The notes under the pieces are model-generated. The model ran no database searches. It saw only the letters and a program-made list of their open reading frames with translations, and had not been told where the DNA came from. Source: Candidatus Acidiferrales bacterium (GTDB taxonomy: Bacteria; Acidobacteriota; Terriglobia; Acidiferrales; UBA7541). Taken from it: DNA of 64,000 nucleotides. A program made the position numbers and the translations under genes. The stretch is taken from assembly GCA_049790315.1 (NCBI GenBank), contig JBAQYV010000056.1, forward strand, positions 537 through 64,536, read 5' to 3'. Of the stretch, positions 57,501 to 64,000 are shown in pieces; within the stretch, counting starts at the first letter, position 1; every line of letters begins with the position of its first letter.

Positions 57501-58245
57501 GAACACGACTTTGGGTCAAGGGACTCTGCAGGCCAACGGTACGGCGACGTTTTCGACCTCGAGTCTCGCCTTGGGCACATTCAACATCAATGCCTCCTAT
57601 TCCGGCGATGCCCTGAACCAGCCGAGCACTACCGCCACCGCGCTTTCCCAATCCGTGGGCGCGGCAAGCTTCGTCGTTTCCGCTAGCCCGTCGTCGCAGA
57701 CCGTCACCCAGGGCCAGTCCGCGCTGTATGTGATCGGCATTCAGCCTGAAGGCAACGTCTCGTCTACGGTCTCGTTCAACCCCAGCAGTTCAACGACGGC
57801 GCCCGGCTGCAGCGGCTTGCCCACCGGTGCCACGTGCGTGTTTACGCCGTCTTCGGTAAAACCGGGCACGACATCCACGACCGTATCGCTTGCGATTGCG
57901 ACAGCCGCGCCCGCAACGTCATTGGTCGTTCCGCCGCCCGGGAGCGCGCCGAACTTCAGATTTGGCGCGTTTGGAGCATTTCTTGCGGCGCTCTTGATTC
58001 TCTGCGTCTTTGTAATCGATGGCTTGCGCAGGCGAAGGCGTGGAATGTTCGCGCGATTTGCGATGACGGTCGGCCTGGTGATCGCCATGGGCATGGCGCT
58101 CGCGTCATGCAAGAGTTACACCGCCCCGTCTACCGCTGGCGGCACTCCGGCGGGCAGTTACCTGATCACCGTTACGGCCATATCCGGCACTACGACAAGT
58201 TCTACGAACATCACGCTTAACGTGGGCGCTGCAAGCACCCCCTAA
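54532..58245 (+). CDS. Secreted YVTN-family beta-propeller repeat protein (16 repeats) with Ig-like domains and C-terminal TM-RRRRR-TM(lipobox) module
   Basis: The signal peptide is ...AICGVLFCALVMAPSARAQT. About 40-aa units of the type P.A(V/I)AV(N/D)P.TN.(I/V)YVAN..(S/G).(V)(T/S)VI(D/N)G.TN recur 16 times (54.72-56.72 kb). They are followed by Ig-like repeats with GSVT(L/F).DG...LG...(Y)SGD motifs. The ATG at 54544 (11 nt after AAGGAG) is a likely alternative to the GTG at 54532. Confidence 0.9.
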   Translation: MPTEMIRGSCARKHLGEGLRLIPEFVSNNAVQVAICGVLFCALVMAPSARAQTATTTVFSGSTPDAVAVNPVTNKIYVANEGAGSVTVIDGATNNTTSVSVGASPDAIAVDPVTNQIYVANLGSGTVTVIDGPTNAATTLTLPPGSAPDAIAVDATTNQVFVTNQIAGTGSVTIINGASNSPAVTATVVTSLTLAAGTEPTAVAIDPVTNLAYVATETGANGSVTIISGATSSLSGTVATGSAPVALAVNSITDTIYVANQASGSVTVINGSTNGTAAIAVGSSPSAVSVNAVTNVIYVANSGGSGSVSVINGSSNTVTTTITGAGIGPSPSALAINASSNEIYIANYSNSNGSVSAINGTTDTVSATLSTGAGPHSLAANPVTGKVYVANLGGNTVGVIDGATNTATLVTLGSDPIAGTADPATNQVFIANFGSSDVTVFNGQTNAITATVPTGANPIAIADNPVTSEVYVANLSSASVTAINAAMSPPTTVNVPVGADPTAVAVNPLTNKIYVANEQGNSVTVINGASNSAATVSVGTSPVAIAVNPVSDNVYVVNKLGGSVTVISGATNATSTVTVGADPSAVAVDTVTNRIYVANDDGTVTVINGATNSTATVPIGTGAVALAVNPITDMIYVVNQGSSNVTAINGATNSATTIVTGLSPVSVGVDPVSNKIYVANSGGGSVSVIDGATNFVSTVAAGISPAGVVIDPITNTVYVPNTSSGNVTIFPEAGVQSVPLTTTIAPLTGNQSVGAPTFNFTTSSTFAPNAPAVSDVYFQVDTWQGPWIAAAGSGNTFSGQAPALAVGTHILYAYAADAQSATANGSSSPAIGSIADYVFTIIPASTSVTLSSNAANPNPAGTSVTFTATVTATGPNAPTGSVTLADGSTTLGSAAVQQVGNTVVATATFSTSTLIPGPHSITAIYSGDANTGASVSAALPVTVGPQTTTIALTSEPNPAFFGGPITFTATVTSQVGGTPTGTVSFINATGNTTLGQGTLQANGTATFSTSSLALGTFNINASYSGDALNQPSTTATALSQSVGAASFVVSASPSSQTVTQGQSALYVIGIQPEGNVSSTVSFNPSSSTTAPGCSGLPTGATCVFTPSSVKPGTTSTTVSLAIATAAPATSLVVPPPGSAPNFRFGAFGAFLAALLILCVFVIDGLRRRRRGMFARFAMTVGLVIAMGMALASCKSYTAPSTAGGTPAGSYLITVTAISGTTTSSTNITLNVGAASTP
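57955..58245 (+). other. C-terminal module of YVTN protein: TM1 (57955-58026), RRRRR (58027-58041), TM2 ending in lipobox L-A-S-C (Cys codon 58108-58110), 44-aa beta-strand tail
   Basis: From the track translation: FRFGAFGAFLAALLILCVFVIDGL-RRRRR-GMFARFAMTVGLVIAMGMALAS-C-KSYTAPSTAGGTPAGSYLITVTAISGTTTSSTNITLNVGAASTP. Confidence 0.75.
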
Positions 58246-58315
58246 ACAAGGGATAGCGTAACTAGGACGGCACAGAAGTGAGCGCGGCCAGGGTTTGCGG
58301 TACTTGCGGTCGCCG

Positions 58316-59419
58316 TCAGGTTTTGCGATCCATGTAATGTATTTCACTGAGGCCGCGCAGCCGCTCGGCCGCGCTTTCCGGCGTAACATCGCGCTGCGGC
58401 GCACCAAGCAGCTCGTATCCCACCATAAATTTTCGCACTGTCGCCGAGCGCAGCAGCGGCGGAACGTAGTGCGCGTGAAAGTGCCACTCGTCATGCGTCT
58501 CGCCGTCCGTGGGGCTTTGATGAAAGCCCATCGAGTATGGGAACGGTGATTCAAACAAATTGTCGTAGCGAATCGTCAAACGCCGCAGAAGATCCGCCAG
58601 CTGCGATTTCTCCGCATCGCCTAAATCCCCCAAGCTTGTCGCGTGCCGCCTGCTCAACACCATCGTCTCGAATGGCCACACGGCCCAGTACGGCACTAGC
58701 GCCACGAAGCCTTCGTTCGCGCATACGATGCGTTCCTGGCGCGCAAGTTCGATTTCGAGATAGCGGCAAAGCAGGCAGGAGCCTTGGCGCTCGCGGTACT
58801 CACGCAATGATCGCTGTTCGAGTGCGGGAATATTTGGCAACTCCGCTTCGGCCCAAATCTGGCAATGCGGATGCGGATTGCTCGCACCCATCAAAGCACC
58901 GCGATTCTCAAAAATTTGCACGTGCCGCACGAAAGGCAGAGCCCCCAGTTCGCGATACTGCCCGGTCCAAGCTTCTACGATGCGGCGAACCTCTTCGACC
59001 GGCATTCGCGGGATCGTCAGATCGTGGCGCGGCGTAAAACACAACACACGGCAGCGTCCGGCTTCGGTGCGAGCCACGATCAAGCCGCCTTCATCAACAG
59101 ACTCCTGCGGCGCATCTGGCAGCAGTGCCGGAAAATCATTGTCGAACACGAATGTGCCCTGATAGACCGGATTGCGAACACCCTCGGCGCGGGCATTGCC
59201 CGGGCACAAATAGCAATTCGGATCGTAATCCAACTCGTGCTCTGCCGGAGCAGTTTCAATCTTGCCGAGCCACGGCCGCTTCGCGCGGTGCGGCGACACA
59301 AGCACCCATTCCCGCGTCAGCGGGTTGTAGCGCCGATGGGGAGTCTCGCTCAGAATTTGCTCGGCGATCGGATTCAGTTCGCTGCCCATGTCATTCGCAT
59401 CTCGCGCTCGATGCATCAC
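58316..59419 (-). CDS. galT: Galactose-1-phosphate uridylyltransferase
   Basis: It has CYLCPGN (Zn site), [10 protein letters not shown], and the active site [21 protein letters not shown] (HPH). The ATG at 59416 follows the GTG at 59419. Confidence 0.9.
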   Translation of the reverse strand: MMHRARDANDMGSELNPIAEQILSETPHRRYNPLTREWVLVSPHRAKRPWLGKIETAPAEHELDYDPNCYLCPGNARAEGVRNPVYQGTFVFDNDFPALLPDAPQESVDEGGLIVARTEAGRCRVLCFTPRHDLTIPRMPVEEVRRIVEAWTGQYRELGALPFVRHVQIFENRGALMGASNPHPHCQIWAEAELPNIPALEQRSLREYRERQGSCLLCRYLEIELARQERIVCANEGFVALVPYWAVWPFETMVLSRRHATSLGDLGDAEKSQLADLLRRLTIRYDNLFESPFPYSMGFHQSPTDGETHDEWHFHAHYVPPLLRSATVRKFMVGYELLGAPQRDVTPESAAERLRGLSEIHYMDRKT

Positions 59420-59452
59420 TCATTCTCGATACCGCGTTCCGAATCGCCGCGC

Positions 59453-60607
59453 TCATTCCACACGCCTCGCGCCCTCGGCTGGGTCGCAAATCTGGATATC
59501 GGGTTGACGACCCGTCACTTGCTCGTACTCGCGCGCCATGTTCTCGCGGAATCGATCTTCCCTGCCCGCTTCGACCACGTTTATGGTGCTACCGCCAAAT
59601 CCGCCGCCGGTCATCCGCGCTCCCAAAACGCCTTCCTGTCGATTCGCCAATTCGACCATCAGATCGAGTTCCGGCGAACTGACCTCGAACAGTGTGCGTA
59701 AACTTTCGTGCGATTCGGCCATGCGTTGGCCGAATGCGGCCAGGTCGTCCGCACCGAGCGCCCGAACCGCGGCCAAAACGCGCTCATTTTCGGCGACCAC
59801 GTGCGCCGCGCGCCGGTAGACCACGTCTGGCAACGCATCGCGATGCTTTTCCAACTGTTCCGGGGTGACGTCGCGCAGCGCGCTGATTCCCGTATAGAAC
59901 GCCGAAAGCCGCGCGACCGCCTCTTCACATTGCGCCCTTCGCACATTGTATTCCCCGGACGAATTCGCATGCTTCACCATCGTATTGCAAATCATCAGGT
60001 GCACCGAACTCGGAATCGGCGCCAATTCGTAGCCCAGCGATCGGCAATCCAGCACGATCGCTTTCCCGGCGCGTCCGAACACCGATGCGAATTGGTCCAT
60101 GATCCCGCAACGCGCCCCAACAAATTCGTTTTCCGCACGCTGCGCCACGCGCGCCAATTCCAAACCATCCGTCGGCGTTCCGTTGATGTCCAAAAGCGCG
60201 TAGCCTGTCGCCACCTCAATCGCCGCGGACGAGCTCAGCCCCGCGCCAATTGGCACATCACCATGAATGAACAAATTGGCGCCGCGCAGTTTCACGCCAT
60301 TTCGCGCGAACACCACCGCCACACCCACGGGATAGTCGCTCCATCCACCGGTTCGCGCGGGCTCGCCGTCCGCGAAATCCCACTCGAACGTTTCGGAAAA
60401 TTCTTCTGAGTGAACCACAAGCTTGCGATCCGTGCGTGCCGCCGCTGCTATCCAACACGTGCGGCCGATCGCAGCCGGCATCACGAAGCCGTCGTTGAAA
60501 TCGGTGTACTCGCCGATCAGGTTCACGCGCCCCGGTGCGCGGTACACGCGGGCTTCACTGCCGAATTTCGCACGAAATTTTTCTCGTAATTCGCTCGCTG
60601 TGATCAT
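59453..60607 (-). CDS. galK: Galactokinase
   Basis: It has the galactokinase signature GRVNLIGEYTDFNDGFVMP, GHMP motif II PIGAGLSSSAAIEV, and GARMTGGGFGGSTI. Confidence 0.95.
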   Translation of the reverse strand: MITASELREKFRAKFGSEARVYRAPGRVNLIGEYTDFNDGFVMPAAIGRTCWIAAAARTDRKLVVHSEEFSETFEWDFADGEPARTGGWSDYPVGVAVVFARNGVKLRGANLFIHGDVPIGAGLSSSAAIEVATGYALLDINGTPTDGLELARVAQRAENEFVGARCGIMDQFASVFGRAGKAIVLDCRSLGYELAPIPSSVHLMICNTMVKHANSSGEYNVRRAQCEEAVARLSAFYTGISALRDVTPEQLEKHRDALPDVVYRRAAHVVAENERVLAAVRALGADDLAAFGQRMAESHESLRTLFEVSSPELDLMVELANRQEGVLGARMTGGGFGGSTINVVEAGREDRFRENMAREYEQVTGRQPDIQICDPAEGARRVE

Positions 60608-60786
60608 TCTTCCCCGTTCTGAGGATGACTACTCTACATGAAGTTTAGATTTGGCAAAACCACCTCCAGTCGTAGTGCCAATCACTTCACATCCGGTTTC
60701 CAATGGAATGGTATGATGCGCCGGTCGAGATAGGCCAAGTCGATCGAGCTATCCGGCGTTCGGCCAGAATCTCCAAGGGGATACGC

Positions 60787-61992
60787 ATGAATCCGAATCG
60801 GCGCGCCGCGTTGCGTGCATTTGAAATGGCGCTAACACTTGCATCTCTTGTTTTGAGTTTCTCGCTGTGCGGAAGCGCGCAGTCTCAGCAGGTGGCCGCG
60901 ACGCCGCCGATGGGCTGGAACAGTTGGAACCATTTCGCCGGGAAAATCGACGACGCTACCGTGCGCGCGCAGGCCGACGCGATGGTCTCCACCGGCATGC
61001 GCGACGCCGGCTACGTCTACATCAACATCGACGACACCTGGGAAGGCGAACGCGACGCGCAGGGCAACATTCAACCCAACAGCAAGTTCCCCGACATGAA
61101 AGCCCTCGCCGACTACGTGCACAGCAAGGGCTTGAAACTCGGAATCTATTCAAGTCCCGGAGCCAAGACCTGCGCGAAATATGAAGGCAGCCTGAATCAC
61201 GAAGATCAGGACGCTCAAACTTACGCGAATTGGGGAATCGATTATCTGAAATACGATCTTTGCAGTTACCGGGACGTCATGAAAACCGCCGCTACGCCCG
61301 AAGCCGCGCACCAAATGATGGTGGACGCCTACATCAAAATGCGCGACGCGCTTAAAAAGACCGGCCGCCCGATGGTCTACAGCTTCTGCCAGTATGGCGA
61401 CGGCGCTGTGTGGCAATGGGCACCCGCGGCCGGCGCGAATCTGTGGCGCACTACCGGAGACATCAACGATCACTACGCCCGCATGGAGACCATTGGCTTC
61501 GAGCAAGCCGGCCTCTCGAAATACGCCGGCCCCGGCCACTGGAACGATCCCGACATGCTTGAAGTCGGCAACGGCGGAATGACCACCGACGAATACAAAA
61601 TGCACATGAGTCTCTGGGCTCTCCTCGCCGCGCCTTTGCTTTCCGGCAACGATCTTTCAACGATGTCGCCCGAGACGATCGCGCTGCTCACAAATCGCGA
61701 CGTCATTGCTGTCGACCAGGATCCCGCCGGCAAGCAGGGCGATCGTGTCTGGGCTGAAGGACCGATGGAAATCTGGTCGAAACCCATGGCCGATGGATCG
61801 CAAGCCGTCGGAATGTTCAATCGCCAACAGGGAACGATGACGTTCTCCGTGGATTTCGCGAAGCTCGGCTTCACGGGCAAAGTGAAAGTGCGCGATCTGT
61901 GGGCCGGCAAAGATCTCGGCACGATGAGCGGCCCGTACACCGCGACGCTCACCGCGCACAGTGTCATCTTGCTGCGCGTCTGGCCGCAGTGA
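60787..61992 (+). CDS. Alpha-galactosidase, GH27, secreted
   Basis: This is Met-29 of the track ORF after AAGGGG, with a signal peptide. It has PPMGWNSWNHF, YVYINIDDTW, DYLKYDLC (nucleophile Asp context) and HWNDPDMLEVGN. Confidence 0.9.
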   Translation: MNPNRRAALRAFEMALTLASLVLSFSLCGSAQSQQVAATPPMGWNSWNHFAGKIDDATVRAQADAMVSTGMRDAGYVYINIDDTWEGERDAQGNIQPNSKFPDMKALADYVHSKGLKLGIYSSPGAKTCAKYEGSLNHEDQDAQTYANWGIDYLKYDLCSYRDVMKTAATPEAAHQMMVDAYIKMRDALKKTGRPMVYSFCQYGDGAVWQWAPAAGANLWRTTGDINDHYARMETIGFEQAGLSKYAGPGHWNDPDMLEVGNGGMTTDEYKMHMSLWALLAAPLLSGNDLSTMSPETIALLTNRDVIAVDQDPAGKQGDRVWAEGPMEIWSKPMADGSQAVGMFNRQQGTMTFSVDFAKLGFTGKVKVRDLWAGKDLGTMSGPYTATLTAHSVILLRVWPQ

Positions 61993-62086
61993 ATTTCGCC
62001 GCGCCGGAAACATGCTCTGCTGCGGCTCGAAACGTGTCTGATACAATCCGTTTGGCAAACCGGCTTTTGCGTCTAGGAGGAAGCCA

Positions 62087-63313
62087 GTGAACCTGCGTCC
62101 ATCTGCTCGATGCTGGATGATGTTCGCGTCTGCCGCGATCCTCGTGGCGGCCGCCATTCCCGCCGTGGCGCAACAAGTCGCGCCCTCGACAGTGCAACAG
62201 TCACAAGCGCCACCCACGGCGCGCCCCGCTCCACCCGCGGCGCAAACGGAATTTGTGCCGGCGTCCCAAGTTTCCCAATCGTTACAACCCAGCGGCGGCG
62301 GCTGTCCTGGCACCGTCTTCAAAGTTTTTCAGTTCCCCGCGAACATGATTCCGCGCATTGACGGCAATGCCGGCGATTGGGACATTGTTCCCGACGACTA
62401 CGCCATCGGCATCGATCGCATGCACGACGACACCGGCAAGCATCCCGCTCCCGATCCGCAATATCTCGATGTGAAAGTGAAAGTCGGCTGGGTGAAAGGC
62501 CTCAATCGACTCTATTTTCTCTACCAGGCCTACGACAAATATTGGGATTTCGCGCGCCCCGATTTGCACAACGACACTTTCGAAATCGTCGTTGACGGCG
62601 ATCTCTCCGGTGGCCCGCTGATCGCCGAACAGCATCCAAACAAAGATCTCAGCCCCAGCGACGCCTTTTTTTCATTTCAAAGCGTTCAGGCGCAGAACTA
62701 CCACATCTTTACTCCCGCCGTGAATAAAGACTGGACCATGATGTGGGGTCCGCAGCAATGGCTGAAGGAACTGCCGTATTCCAACCACGCTTACAATTAC
62801 AATTTCAAACCCGGCGAATCCGGCAAACTCACTCTCGAATTTTTCATTACGCCGTTCGACTACGCCGCCGCTGAAGGCCCGCTGCGCTCCGTCGAATCCA
62901 ATCTTTACGAAAACAAACTGATCGGCCTCTCCTGGGCCGTGATCGATTACAACGACGTAACCAAGGAAGGCAACGACGGCTTCTGGAATCTCTCGAACCA
63001 GCACAAAATGTATGGCAACGCTTCCTTGCTCTGTGAATTCCGGCTCATGCCCCTCGAGCCGCAATTCCGCAAAGCTATTGACGCACAATGGTCCTTCACC
63101 GTCGTCGATATGGATCGTCGCCTCGTCGCGTTCAAGGATCTCTCCGCTGGCGCCACCTCATGGAAATGGGATTTCGGCGACGGCACAGCCTCAACCGAAC
63201 AAAATCCAATTCACCAATTTCCGCGGTCCGGGCGCTACACCGTTATTCTCGACATTGCTGGACCCGCCGGAACGTCGCGCCTCTCCAAAGTTTGGGGCGT
63301 AAATGTAAAATGA
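62087..63313 (+). CDS. Secreted carbohydrate-binding (CBM9/DOMON-like, tentative) protein with C-terminal PKD domain
   Basis: The GTG start lies 6 nt after AGGAGG, and there is a signal peptide. It has IPRIDGNAGDWDIVPDDY... (CBM9-like) and the C-terminal WKWDFGDGTASTEQNPIHQFPRSGRYTVIL (PKD signature). Confidence 0.75.
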   Translation: MNLRPSARCWMMFASAAILVAAAIPAVAQQVAPSTVQQSQAPPTARPAPPAAQTEFVPASQVSQSLQPSGGGCPGTVFKVFQFPANMIPRIDGNAGDWDIVPDDYAIGIDRMHDDTGKHPAPDPQYLDVKVKVGWVKGLNRLYFLYQAYDKYWDFARPDLHNDTFEIVVDGDLSGGPLIAEQHPNKDLSPSDAFFSFQSVQAQNYHIFTPAVNKDWTMMWGPQQWLKELPYSNHAYNYNFKPGESGKLTLEFFITPFDYAAAEGPLRSVESNLYENKLIGLSWAVIDYNDVTKEGNDGFWNLSNQHKMYGNASLLCEFRLMPLEPQFRKAIDAQWSFTVVDMDRRLVAFKDLSAGATSWKWDFGDGTASTEQNPIHQFPRSGRYTVILDIAGPAGTSRLSKVWGVNVK

Positions 63314-64000
63314 CGCGACGCGTAAAAACAAATGTATCTTTTCGCGGAGCGTTATTATTCCGCTCCGTGATTTTGTCCGCGGCCCTGCTCGCCGGGGCGT
63401 CCTTCGCCGCCGCACAGCAGCCCTCGCCAATCGCTTCCCTGCCCCACCTGCAAAAAAACGGCAACGTCACGCAGCTCATCGTCGATGGCAAACCCTATCT
63501 CGTCCTCGGCGGCGAGCTCCACAATTCAAGCTCTTCCAGCGTGGAGTACATGCGGCCGATCTGGCCCAAGCTCGCTGCGATGCACCTGAACACCGTGCTT
63601 ACGCCCGTCACCTGGCAGCAAATCGAACCCGCGGAAGGCCGCTTCGATTTCACCGTGCTCGACGGCCTGCTTCGCGACGCGCGAAGCAACAATCTGCATT
63701 TGGTCTTGCTCTGGCTTGGCAGTTGGAAAAACTCGAGCTCTACCTACACTCCGGCGTGGGTGAAAAAGGACTTCGCAAGATTCCCTCTCGTTCAAAACAG
63801 CGGCGGCCAATCTTTCGAGATCCTCTCCACTTTCGGCGATGCGAGCCGCGATGCCGATGCTCGCGCCTTCGCCGCGCTGCTCCACCACGTTCGTGAAGTG
63901 GATTCCTCGCGGCACACGGTCTTATTTATCCAGGTCGAAAACGAAGTTGGCGTCCTCGGCGATTCGCGCGACCACAGCGCCGCCGCAAACGCGGCGTTCA
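63310..64000 (+). CDS. Secreted clan GH-A glycoside hydrolase, beta-galactosidase-like (GH35/DUF5597-type), N-terminal 230 aa only (runs off window)
   Basis: It is not in the track because it has no in-window stop. The ATG at 63310 overlaps the previous stop (ATGA). Hand translation: MTRRVKTNVSFRGALLFRSVILSAALLAGASFAAAQQ...LIVDGKPYLVLGGELHNSSSSS...MHLNTVLTPVTWQQIEPAEGRFDF...LVLLWLGSWKNSSSTYTPAWVK...LFIQVENEVG (NE acid/base motif). Confidence 0.75.
   Translation, partial: MTRRVKTNVSFRGALLFRSVILSAALLAGASFAAAQQPSPIASLPHLQKNGNVTQLIVDGKPYLVLGGELHNSSSSSVEYMRPIWPKLAAMHLNTVLTPVTWQQIEPAEGRFDFTVLDGLLRDARSNNLHLVLLWLGSWKNSSSTYTPAWVKKDFARFPLVQNSGGQSFEILSTFGDASRDADARAFAALLHHVREVDSSRHTVLFIQVENEVGVLGDSRDHSAAANAAF

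Overview
GC-rich, gene-dense chromosomal segment. It looks like an Acidobacteriota (Terriglobia-type) genome: it has a PadR regulator overlapping a duplicated-permease 'ADOP' ABC gene, plus giant NHL/YVTN/Ig-like envelope proteins. I support about 47 protein genes and 2 tRNAs (Arg-TCT, Gly-GCC). I see no rRNA, CRISPR array, transposase, integrase or obvious defence genes. The supplied track omits the two ORFs that run off the window edges. (a) A giant minus-strand ORF starts at 11656 and is still open at base 1 (>=3,885 codons). Hand translation shows a signal peptide, two NHL-type propeller arrays, Ig-like spacers, a CE8 pectin methylesterase domain, a GH28 polygalacturonase domain and C-terminal TM segments. 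(b) A plus-strand glycoside hydrolase ORF runs from 63310 to the right edge. The other content is as follows. 12.3-16.0 kb: cupin / small wHTH / DUF488 / cytochrome-b-molybdopterin fusion / FNR-like reductase operon. 17.5-20.5 kb: PadR-ADOP. 22.1-24.4 kb: GHMP kinase and nagZ. 24.5-26.8 kb: tRNA-Gly, nucleoside-deoxyribosyltransferase-like gene, yjjX-like NTPase (with an in-frame Ser/Glu/Lys hexamer-repeat insertion) and tdk. 26.8-28.7 kb: a poorly explained lower-GC patch. 28.7-35.3 kb: RraA-like gene plus RND efflux operon. 35.4-37.9 kb: aromatic-amino-acid decarboxylase and galE. 39.3-53.8 kb: a co-directional pectin/hexuronate catabolic supercluster (manD, SDR, eda, kdgK, exuT, Gfo/Idh/MocA, cupin, uxaC, mutarotase, lactonase, SDR, uxaA, GH28). 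54.5-58.2 kb: a 1,237-aa YVTN-propeller/Ig-like protein. 58.3-64.0 kb: a galactoside module (galT, galK, GH27, CBM9/PKD protein, GH35-like hydrolase). The most interesting items are the giant fused CE8+GH28 surface protein and a shared C-terminal module in the two large envelope proteins (TM - Arg cluster - lipobox-ended TM - short beta tail, apparently splitting the last Ig-like domain). All calls rest on reading the sequence and remembered family signatures; no database search was run. Hand-mapped non-CDS coordinates may be off by 1-2 nt.
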